A DNA stretch of 50,634 bases from a virus. Its lineage: Duplodnaviria > Caudoviricetes. Position 1 is the stretch's first letter; each line of letters opens with the position of its first letter. The notes below the pieces were generated by a model. The model was not told the DNA's origin and did not search any database. It saw only the letters and a program-made list of their open reading frames with translations. Positions 16,903-25,600 of this stretch are shown here, one piece after another. The DNA lies in IMG/VR virus record IMGVR_UViG_3300044490_000254, positions 1 to 50,634 of that record; one strand, given 5' to 3'. Both the position numbers and the translations under genes were made by a program.

Positions 16903-17904
16903 ATGGGTGATCCACGAATGGCCGCTATCTCCGCCGAGCGGCATTATGCAGCGGCGGACACTGATTGGCATATCGATGCCGCTTTGTCTGAGATGTCGAT
17001 TCAGTTCAACATGGATCCCGGCATGTATATCGGGCCGAGCATTCTGCCTGTCGTCAACGTGGACAAGCAGAGTGACCGGTATCTGATCTGGGACAAGGAT
17101 TACTGGTTCCGGATTCCCCAGACCCGCCGTGCTCCGGCGACCAGGGCAAATCGGGTAGAGACCTCCGTGAGTAGTGCGGCTTATTATGCGCATAACTATT
17201 CGCTGGAGGAGCCGATCCCGTTTGAGGATTTGACGAATGCGGATGCGGCGCTGGCGATTGAGGAAGGGACTGCGCGTCATGTGATGCAGTTGCTCATGTT
17301 GGATCAGGAGAATCGGATTGCGACGCTGTTGACCACGGCGGCCAACGTCGGTTCTGGGAATGCACTGACTGGCACGGCGCAGTGGTCTGATCGTGCGAAC
17401 AGCGATCCTGTATCGGATGTTACAACGGGTCGCCTTTGGATTCTGAAAGAGACTGGTCAGAAGCCGAATACGTTGGTCAATGGGCAAGAAGTCCACGACG
17501 CGCTTCTGCTCCATCCGGATGTCATTGATCGGGTGAAGTATACGCAGCGCGCGACCAATGCGACGCTTGAGGCCGCGCTGTCTGATATCTTCGGGGTGGC
17601 GCGGTATCTGGTGGGCAGTGCGCCCAAGCAGAATGCAGCAGAAGGGTTGCCGACATCGGCGTCCTCGATGACCTTTATCTGGGGCAAGAACTGCTCTTTG
17701 TTCTATGCCGCGACGGCTCCTGGCCGGAACATCCCGAGCGGGGTGTATGCCTTCCGATGGCGACCGGCTGGGTTTACGGATTTCATCGTCGAGACCAAGG
17801 ATGACGATGACATCAAGGCTCGGGTGAAGCGTGTGAATTATTTCCAGGATGAGCGGATCACTGCGCAGCAGCTGACGTATTTGTTGTCCACAGTGGTTGC
17901 GTAG
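16903..17904 (+). CDS. Major capsid protein (HK97 fold, lambda E-like group)
   Basis: RBS AGAGGAG; IDAALSEMSI, ILPVVNVDKQSDRY, QWSD..SDPVSD, GQKPNTLV; 333 aa; position in head module. Confidence 0.88.
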   Translation: MGDPRMAAISAERHYAAADTDWHIDAALSEMSIQFNMDPGMYIGPSILPVVNVDKQSDRYLIWDKDYWFRIPQTRRAPATRANRVETSVSSAAYYAHNYSLEEPIPFEDLTNADAALAIEEGTARHVMQLLMLDQENRIATLLTTAANVGSGNALTGTAQWSDRANSDPVSDVTTGRLWILKETGQKPNTLVNGQEVHDALLLHPDVIDRVKYTQRATNATLEAALSDIFGVARYLVGSAPKQNAAEGLPTSASSMTFIWGKNCSLFYAATAPGRNIPSGVYAFRWRPAGFTDFIVETKDDDDIKARVKRVNYFQDERITAQQLTYLLSTVVA

Positions 17905-17953
17905 GTTCGATTGTCCACTTGAGAAATAGATCAGTGGGAAATGGCGATGAATA

Positions 17954-17996
17954 GGCGAGGCCGAGGCGATTATGATGGCTGGGTTTCGGCCTCGCC
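17954..17996 (+). other. Stem-loop after the major capsid gene
   Basis: GGCGAGGCCGAGGC...GTTTCGGCCTCGCC with 11 perfect bp; no U-tract. Confidence 0.6.
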
Positions 17997-18018
17997 AAAC
18001 GCCAAGAGAGGATAATAT

Positions 18019-18276
18019 ATGGGTTCTGGGTGGGGGCACGAGGATGCGGTCGGCGATTGGTACGCCACGCGAGATTTTAATCTGAAGACTCTGACAGTGC
18101 GTGCGGGAGGCAAATTGCCAGAAGGATGGCAGATAATCCAGAACATCAAGTACCTGCAGAATTTGTTTGGGAAAGACTGCGTAGTGCGGAAATCGAGCCG
18201 AGAATTGCTGGCGGAAATGGGAGCGTCCGGCGGCGAAATGAAACGGAGTCCGGGAAGGCCACGAAGAGATGTATGA
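18019..18276 (+). CDS. Hypothetical protein
   Basis: AGAGG RBS; basic C-terminus PGRPRR. Confidence 0.65.
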   Translation: MGSGWGHEDAVGDWYATRDFNLKTLTVRAGGKLPEGWQIIQNIKYLQNLFGKDCVVRKSSRELLAEMGASGGEMKRSPGRPRRDV

Positions 18277-18345
18277 TAGGGCGTCCCACGGAGCCCTTCA
18301 TGCAAAAAATCAATGTCCGTCGTGACATGCTAGAGGTGCAAGAAG

Positions 18346-18756
18346 GTGGGAATCTATAAAGTACGGACAAAAGCACAGTTCAAGGATGGGGCGACATTTG
18401 CAGGGTCGGCGGGATTTGACGGTGCAATTCAGGTGAACTCTGCGATGCGGGTTGTTGGACCGATCTCTGCCCCAACCGGATCATCGAATGCCCAGAAGTT
18501 TGGATTCCTCAGAATCAATTCTGGGGCCACGACGGCAACGCACAGTACCACGGCATTGAGTTCTGGTGCTTTGTTGATTGTCGGTGCAGGCGTGTTGGTG
18601 GGGGCTCAAGTGGCGTCGTACAATCTGGTTGGCGAGTTGGTGGTGAACACAATTGCGCAGCAGGCATCGGGCGGGTATTTCACGGTGGGATTCGCTGGGG
18701 TCAATGCCTATGCGGCTCCCCTTGATGTACCATGGTTCATCATTAATCCGGCATAG
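18346..18756 (+). CDS. Ser/Thr/Ala/Gly-rich putative virion protein
   Basis: Composition and position after the capsid gene. Confidence 0.55.
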   Translation: MGIYKVRTKAQFKDGATFAGSAGFDGAIQVNSAMRVVGPISAPTGSSNAQKFGFLRINSGATTATHSTTALSSGALLIVGAGVLVGAQVASYNLVGELVVNTIAQQASGGYFTVGFAGVNAYAAPLDVPWFIINPA

Positions 18757-18767
18757 CGGGATAGCAT

Positions 18768-19094
18768 ATGGCTGAAATTTATGTGACAGTGGCGAGTGGG
18801 CAAACAGTGAGCGGCGCGTTTGCGCTTGAGCATCCCTATCGACCATTGGTGATATTGGTGCCGAGCTTGGCTGCTGCGGCGGAAGTGAGACCACAGTTCA
18901 GCGCAACCTCTGGATCGGGTTTTATGTCGATGATGCGGCCAGATGGTTCGGCAAATCTGTTTGTCGTATGCAGCGGGGCGGGTCCTGGCATCGGGATCAT
19001 CGAGCATGTCCCTAGTCAATGGGGCCGGTTTTCCTTAACAGGCGTTCAAACCGATGTGCGGACGCTGACATTGTTTCCGGGAGCTTCGCGTTAG
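18768..19094 (+). CDS. Putative virion beta-sandwich protein
   Basis: VTVASGQTVSGA N-terminus typical of small phage structural proteins. Confidence 0.55.
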   Translation: MAEIYVTVASGQTVSGAFALEHPYRPLVILVPSLAAAAEVRPQFSATSGSGFMSMMRPDGSANLFVVCSGAGPGIGIIEHVPSQWGRFSLTGVQTDVRTLTLFPGASR

Positions 19095-19095
19095 G

Positions 19096-19767
19096 ATGGT
19101 GAGAATCATTGCGCATAGGGGATTCTGGTGGCCGGACATCGATCACCAGAACCGCCCATGGGCATTGCAGGCGGCGATTGATCGCGGATGGGATGTTGAA
19201 GTTGACGTGTGGGGCGTGCGAGAAGATCAGTTGCAGGTGGGGCATGATAAGGTGGAAGCGAGATGGACATTGCCCTCGATAGCTGAAAGCCATGTGTTTG
19301 TTCATATGAAAGCTCCGACCCAGGCTCTGCGAATTTCGGCGGTATTGGAGCGGACAGGGTATCAGGGGAAGAGTAGCGTGTTTGTGAGTCCGATGGGCAA
19401 GAATAACGAGCTGGTCCTCAGCGAGGCCGTAGTTCAGCTTCTGGTCGTGAGTTCTCACAACGATCTGTTCGACAAGATGGATGTGCTGCAGTCTGCGAAG
19501 CGGCGCGGATGGGAGCAGACCATTCGCGGGGTCTGGCTTGAGCAGCCGGACACCGATTGGGTGACGGATGGCGTGATTCATGAATTGCATGCCTATGGAA
19601 TGCGGGCTTATGTAGTATCGCCTGAGCTGCATCGACGGCAGCTGCGATTGGATATGCTGTCGGAATGGGCCGATGCCGATGGGGTTTGTACGGACTATCC
19701 GCATCTGCTGTCGCAGATATTGAATCCCAAAGATGTGATCGTGCATCCTGTGGGGGCATGGTGGTAG
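19096..19767 (+). CDS. PLC-like / glycerophosphodiester phosphodiesterase-fold protein
   Basis: IIAHRG, DVEVDVW, VSPELH, GVCTDYP. Confidence 0.85.
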   Translation: MVRIIAHRGFWWPDIDHQNRPWALQAAIDRGWDVEVDVWGVREDQLQVGHDKVEARWTLPSIAESHVFVHMKAPTQALRISAVLERTGYQGKSSVFVSPMGKNNELVLSEAVVQLLVVSSHNDLFDKMDVLQSAKRRGWEQTIRGVWLEQPDTDWVTDGVIHELHAYGMRAYVVSPELHRRQLRLDMLSEWADADGVCTDYPHLLSQILNPKDVIVHPVGAWW

Positions 19768-20414
19768 AGTACGGCCTCGATGAATTTATGAGGGAATTGG
19801 ATTTGGCGGTCGGGGATTTCTTTGAGCCTCGGGATGTCAATGGGCACAAGGACTTGCCGGGATATGATCCGCGGATGGGGCCGCGTTATGGAATCCCTGG
19901 GCATGATGTTCCGCTCTCGGTGTTCCGGGGCGAAGGCATGGCGCTGTTTCTGGTCGCGCGGGCGATAAAGCCTGAAGTCATTATGGAGTGTTATACCGGC
20001 ACAGGATATGCGGCGTGCTGCCTGGCGGCAGGGTGGTGGCCGGAAGCCCAAGTCATCAGCACCGACAACTATACCGAGGGAGGTCTCGGTGAAGCAGGAT
20101 GGGCACGGGCGCAAGGGCTCAGGGACAAGCTGGGACTTGACAACCTGGCCCTCCACTATGGAACAATCGAGTCCTTGCGCCAGGCAAATCTTCTGGCGGA
20201 TCTCTATTTCTCCGATGGGCCGTATGACGACGGCGCGTCGTTGCTGGCAGAGGGTGCGATTCGCATCCGCCATGATGATGGTGTAGGGCAAGTCGATGGG
20301 CGCCGATTTGTCGTCCCTGGCGGATCCAATTTGAGCGTGACATGCCCGACGATTGAGATGCGGGATTGGCTGATGGCAGAAATTGGCAAGACTATTCCGG
20401 TGAATGCGGCATGA
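19758..20414 (+). CDS. Class I SAM-dependent methyltransferase-like protein
   Basis: IKPEVIMECYTGTGYAA, VISTD, DLYFSDG. Confidence 0.65.
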   Translation: MVVEYGLDEFMRELDLAVGDFFEPRDVNGHKDLPGYDPRMGPRYGIPGHDVPLSVFRGEGMALFLVARAIKPEVIMECYTGTGYAACCLAAGWWPEAQVISTDNYTEGGLGEAGWARAQGLRDKLGLDNLALHYGTIESLRQANLLADLYFSDGPYDDGASLLAEGAIRIRHDDGVGQVDGRRFVVPGGSNLSVTCPTIEMRDWLMAEIGKTIPVNAA

Positions 20415-21097
20415 GAGCGATTGCAGGATATGTGGCCTTCGATCTGGATGGATGCCTGTGGGATTCCGATCGACTCCATTTCGACGCGGTGAACATGGCG
20501 CTGTCCCCATATCAGCAACGGATCACTGAAGAGGAGCATCGAACGATCTTCAAAGGGCTTCCAACGAAGCGCAAGCTGGCGATGCTGACTGAGATGGGCC
20601 GGTTACCGCAGTGGGCCCATGCCGATGTGGAGCGGTTTAAGCGGGAAGCCACGCTGATCGCCATTGAAAATACGCAGCCTCGGTCGGAAGTGTCCGCGCT
20701 TTTGATAGCGCTCTGCCAGGTGAATTGGCGGGTGTGCTGCTGCTCGAATTCTATTCTGGACACCGTGCAGATGGTGCTATTGAAGATGGGGATCCTCAAG
20801 TACATGGACTTTGTCCTCAGCAATGAGGATGTCGCGCGAGCCAAGCCCTCTCCGGAAATCTATCAGAAGGCTGCGCGGATCTGGGGCATCCAGCCACAAG
20901 AGATAGTGGTCGTTGAGGATGGTGAGGCCGGGAAGCGGTCGGCGCTGGATGCGGGATGCACTTTGATTGAGGTGTCTGGTCCTCATGACGTTGAGCCGTG
21001 GCTGATCCACAAGATACTGGCTGTTGGACGATGGGACATTCGCAGTCAAGACAAAAAAGCCAGAGAATCTACAGTTGGGAGCGCGATAACTGTATGA
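20411..21097 (+). CDS. HAD-family phosphatase
   Basis: FDLDGCL, CSNS, KPSPEIY, VVEDG. Confidence 0.92.
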   Translation: MRAIAGYVAFDLDGCLWDSDRLHFDAVNMALSPYQQRITEEEHRTIFKGLPTKRKLAMLTEMGRLPQWAHADVERFKREATLIAIENTQPRSEVSALLIALCQVNWRVCCCSNSILDTVQMVLLKMGILKYMDFVLSNEDVARAKPSPEIYQKAARIWGIQPQEIVVVEDGEAGKRSALDAGCTLIEVSGPHDVEPWLIHKILAVGRWDIRSQDKKARESTVGSAITV

Positions 21098-21885
21098 CCA
21101 ATGAGAAGGAGGTGCCCGTAGTGGACGCGATGCCGCATATCATCATTCCGATGGCGGGGGAAGGCAAGCGGTTCAAAGAAGCCGGATACCAGGGACCAAA
21201 ACCGTTGATTCAGGTCGGCGGGCGGCGTCTGTTGGAATGGGCGTTAGATGCGATTCCGAAACCTTGGCGACGCGCAGTCATTCCGGTCATCCATACCGGA
21301 CAAGCTGAGTTGTGTGATGTGTTTGTGGATATTGAGCCTTATTTCAATCGAATGTTTGGAACAGGAAAGCCCTGTCTACTGACAGGCCCGACGTCCGGTG
21401 CTGCGTGCTCGGTTTTGGCTGCGGCAGTTGGATTACCTTCCGATGCCCCTGTGATTGTGATGAATGCAGACCAATGGATCGACATTGACCTGGAAGCGGT
21501 CCACAAAACGGCAATAGCGGAGCAATGGGACGGGTTCGTTCTGACGTTCGAGGGGTCTGGCCCTCAATGGAGCTATGCAATCACTGACGGCACCGATTTT
21601 GTGGTGCAGATAGTCGAGAAAAAGGAGGTGAGTCCATATCCGACCTGCGGGTTGTACTGGTTCCGGCGCGCAGGGGATTTGGTGAAGGCGATCTGCTCAA
21701 TGGTGTACAAAGAGGATCGAACGAATGGGGAATTTTATCTGGCTCCGAGCATGAATCACCTGGAGCGTCATCGTCGCAATGTGCGGATTGTCCCTGTGAA
21801 GGAATTCCATGGGTTGGGGACGCCGGAGCAGGTGAGGGAATTCGAGGCACTGCTGAATGCCGGATGGAAGCCGAAACATGATTGA
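21094..21885 (+). CDS. Sugar-phosphate nucleotidyltransferase
   Basis: IIIPMAGEGKRF..GY..PKPLI, NADQ, EKK, NGEFYLAP, LGTPE. Confidence 0.9.
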   Translation: MTNEKEVPVVDAMPHIIIPMAGEGKRFKEAGYQGPKPLIQVGGRRLLEWALDAIPKPWRRAVIPVIHTGQAELCDVFVDIEPYFNRMFGTGKPCLLTGPTSGAACSVLAAAVGLPSDAPVIVMNADQWIDIDLEAVHKTAIAEQWDGFVLTFEGSGPQWSYAITDGTDFVVQIVEKKEVSPYPTCGLYWFRRAGDLVKAICSMVYKEDRTNGEFYLAPSMNHLERHRRNVRIVPVKEFHGLGTPEQVREFEALLNAGWKPKHD

Positions 21886-22675
21886 TGTGATCATTCCCAC
21901 ACGCAATGCGCCGTCGGTGCTATCAATGATGCTGGCGCATTATTGGGCGAACGCGCACGACGATCGGCTCGTGTCCTCTGTCACGCTGCTGGATAACTGC
22001 TCGGCTGCGGAAGGCATGGAGGATGTTTTCGCGGATGCGCTCAGACGAGGGGCCAAAGTCATTCGGCACGAGCGAAACATCGGGGTCTGGGCATCCGTCA
22101 ATCGAGGGGTGGTCCTCAGTCGCGCGGACAAGATGCTGGTGTTGACCTCCGATATTTTGTTGGCTCCTGATGCGCTATCGTGGTTGGATGCCGTACAGGA
22201 CGATTCAGGATGCGCATTCCTTGGGCCGGTCGTTGTGAGCGATCAGATCGAATATGCATGGAAGCTCTATGAACATCCCTTGCCCGCTGAGCGAGTGAAT
22301 ACCGCCCATTACAATGGCGCATGTTGGCTGATGACGCGGCAATGCATCGATAAGGTAGGGTATTTTGATCCTCGATTTTACATATGCTTCGGGGACGTGG
22401 ACTATACCCAGCGGGTGGTAGATGCGGGATTGGCCTACGGGGTGACGGACGCGGTGCGGTGTTTGCATTTGGACAAGTGCTCTCGCAGGGCAGACCATAC
22501 TGCGAGCCAAGACACGGAGGTTGAGATTCGGGATTGGAGCTGCTTCGCCGAAAAGTGGCAAGCCCGATCAGATGTGATGGAGAAGCATCCGTGCCCCAAC
22601 AGGATCGTGTATAACATGTTGAAAGAGCGATATTGGAATAACAGTATTCAAGAAACCATGGAGGTGTCCGCGTGA
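21878..22675 (+). CDS. GT2 glycosyltransferase
   Basis: IDVIIPTRN, LLDNCS, NIGVWASVNRG, GACWLM..IDKVGYFD, DVDY. Confidence 0.9.
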   Translation: MIDVIIPTRNAPSVLSMMLAHYWANAHDDRLVSSVTLLDNCSAAEGMEDVFADALRRGAKVIRHERNIGVWASVNRGVVLSRADKMLVLTSDILLAPDALSWLDAVQDDSGCAFLGPVVVSDQIEYAWKLYEHPLPAERVNTAHYNGACWLMTRQCIDKVGYFDPRFYICFGDVDYTQRVVDAGLAYGVTDAVRCLHLDKCSRRADHTASQDTEVEIRDWSCFAEKWQARSDVMEKHPCPNRIVYNMLKERYWNNSIQETMEVSA

Positions 22676-25600
22676 CCGAGAAATCATCGACCGACCCGAT
22701 GGAGCTGCTGAAAAATGACAAGGCACTCGAAGCCAAGCTGAAGGTGTCAAGACTCCCGTGGGACGATCCTACCCGGCAGCGAGTGGAGGAACTGACTGCG
22801 CATACGAATTCATCGGAAGCCTATCAGGAATACTATCGGACTATGCGGGGCGGGATTTGCCCAGAGGATCAAGTGTTCCGTCGCCATGAGCAGGTCAAGC
22901 GGTTTGCGAGAATTCGGGAATTGATCCTGGAGCGGAAGCACAAGACGGTGCTGGACTTGGGGTGTCTGGACGGGTGGCAACTGCTGAATCTTGCAGCGTC
23001 GGGGATCGTTGGGGTCGGTATAGACCTGAGCCCTCAGGCATTGGCTGTAGCGGTTGAGCGTTCTGCAAAATGGGGATTCGGGCTGCGGTTCATTGAATCT
23101 TCTATCGAGGATGCGGAAGTCACAGAAAACGATCTGGACGGTTCTGGAATTCCTCTCGGAACGAAGCACCTCCGACTGTTCGATGCGGTGATCCTGTCTG
23201 AGGTATTGGAGCATGTCCTTGATCCGGTTGCGTGCATGAAGACCGCCGCAAGGCATCTCGCTCCTGGCGGAATTGTGTACGTCAGTGTTCCGGCCACTCC
23301 GATTCCTCACCATGGGAAATTGGAAGATGCGCGGGAGCATCTCCGAGTCTACAGTGAACAGGACCTGATTGATCTCGCAACAAAAGCCGGTCTCCACGTG
23401 GTGGTCGATCAGGATATGACAGAAGAGCAGGACCAAGGGCAGTCATTCTCAAATCGGATGATGAGCTTTCGTCGGGCGACAATTACCATTTATACCGGCC
23501 ATGTGACTGGTGGCTGGAATCCGCCGATTCCTGAGAGTCTTGGCGGATCGGAGGAATTGGTGGTTAAGGTGGCTGAGGCATGGGCGCGGCGGGGGCACCA
23601 GGTGGCGGTTTATGCAGATGTCCTGTCAGGAACTGTGAATGGCGTTCAATACCACAGCCGGTCACGAATTCCTGATCCCAATCCCGATGTCCTGGTGTGC
23701 TTCAAGACCCTGGAGTATATCGACTATCCAGCGGGTCGAACCGTATTTTGGACGACGGACCTTCCGGCTCCGGGGCAGTCTGCGACATTTCTACCGCCGA
23801 AGCTGATGGATGATATCGACGCGGTGATCTGCATCAGCGAATATCATCGGCAGGAACTGTTGAAAGCTGTCCCGTGGCTGAGTCCGGCGAAAATCCATCA
23901 ACATTGGCTTGGCGTCAATCATGCGGAGATCGAGCAGGCGTGTCAGACGCACCAGAAGGCTCCTCATCGGGTGTTGTATGCGTCTTCCTATGACCGTGGG
24001 TTGCGCCAGTTGCTTGAAGTGTGGCCGACCGTCCGCGCTGCTGTCCCTGATGCGGAGTTGCATGTGACCTACGGTTGGGATTTCTGGATCAAGTCGGAGG
24101 CCGTGGTCGCGAAGCCTGTCGCGGACAGCATGAGGCAGGAACGCAAGGAGCTGGAGAAACTGCTGGCGCAGTCTGGAGTAGTGCATTGCGGACGCCTGCC
24201 GCGCCAGGATGTGCTGCAGGAATTTGCGGAAGCGGAGATATGGGCGTATCCGTGCACTGGCGGCGAGCTGTGTTGCAAGACGGCGTTGGAGGTGCAAGTT
24301 GCAGGATGCGAGCCTGTCGTGGTTCCGGTGATGGCCCTGGCTGAGACGGTGCAGATCGGGACAAAGACAACCCATGCGCAATTTGCGGACGCACTGATCC
24401 TTGCTTTGCTAGAGAAGTCGAAGGTGGGTGGGCCGTTCACTGCGCCTTCTTGGGATGAGTTGTCACAATGGGCATGGGAGCTTGCGAAACCAAAACAGAC
24501 GGCAAGTGTCCAAATGGAATCCCATCCAGAGGTCGAGCCGACGGTGATCCCGGAACGCTTTTCGATTCCGTCTTGCGCCACGGTTCCTCCGGTGAGGGAG
24601 CTGTCCATTCTGATGGCGGTATCCGGTATGCCGTTCGACGGGACCACCGACCGGACAAAGGACCTCGGAGGGTCTGAAACCTGCGCGGCGCAGTTGTCAC
24701 GCGCATTGGTAAAGCGCGGGCACAGCGTGACGGTGTTCTCGAATCTGCCGGATAAGCCAGGCAAGTTCGATGGCGTGACCTATCTGCCTATCGCCGAATA
24801 CGCACGGTATGCGGTCTCCACTCCGCACGACATCAGCATCATCCAGCGCGATCCGACAGGATTCAATCTCGGGCTGCAGAGCAAGATGAATATCCTGTGG
24901 TGCCATGATCTTGGGCTGAAGCGGTACCACACGATGTTCCGGTCCAGCATGTGGAATGTGGACTACGTGGTTCCGGTGTCCCACTGGCACGGCAGGCAGC
25001 TGTGCGAAATCTACGACTTGCCGCCCGACGTGGTTGTGCCGATGAACAACGGCATTGACCTTGAGATGATCCACAAGTTCATTGATCGATCCAATGAGCG
25101 CGATCCGAATGCGGTGGTGTTCGCCTCCCGACCTGAGCGTGGGCTGGATGTGCTGCTGCAATCCATCTTCCCCAGGCTGCTGGAGCGCAATCCGAAATTG
25201 ACGCTGTATGTGGCGGAGTATGCGAATACCATTGAGAGCATGGTGCCATTCTACCAGCACTGTCAACAGCTGATGCAGAACCTCGGCGCCCGCGCGAAGT
25301 GGATGGGAGCGCTGAAGAAGCCTGAGTTATACGCTCTCTATTCGATATCGTCGGCGTATCTCTATCCGCAGCGCAGTTTCAAAGAGGTGAGCTGTCTGAG
25401 TCTGCTGGAAGCGGCGGCATGCGGATTGCCGTTCGTCGGGACGAACCTCGGGGCGCTGCCGGAGACGTCCCAGCGGGTAGAAGGGGCGACCCGTTTGGTG
25501 GATCATCCTGGACATGAGGCCACAGCGGAGTTCATCGACCGGTATGTGGACGCAGCCTGGGAGGTATTGAGCAATCCGGAGCTCAATTTTCAGATGTCGG

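Noticed and set aside
16873-18039. Long minus-strand ORFs such as 16873-18039, 34465-35541 and 36989-38389
   Set aside because: They are antisense shadows of well-supported GC-rich plus-strand genes and have no motifs.
4072-19767. Genome-wide TAG (or TGA) stop-codon reassignment, suggested by the in-frame stops at 5364 and 5965
   Set aside because: TAG ends many full-length genes (terL, ART, MuF-TopIB, protease, capsid), TGA ends others, and long genes are uninterrupted under the standard code.
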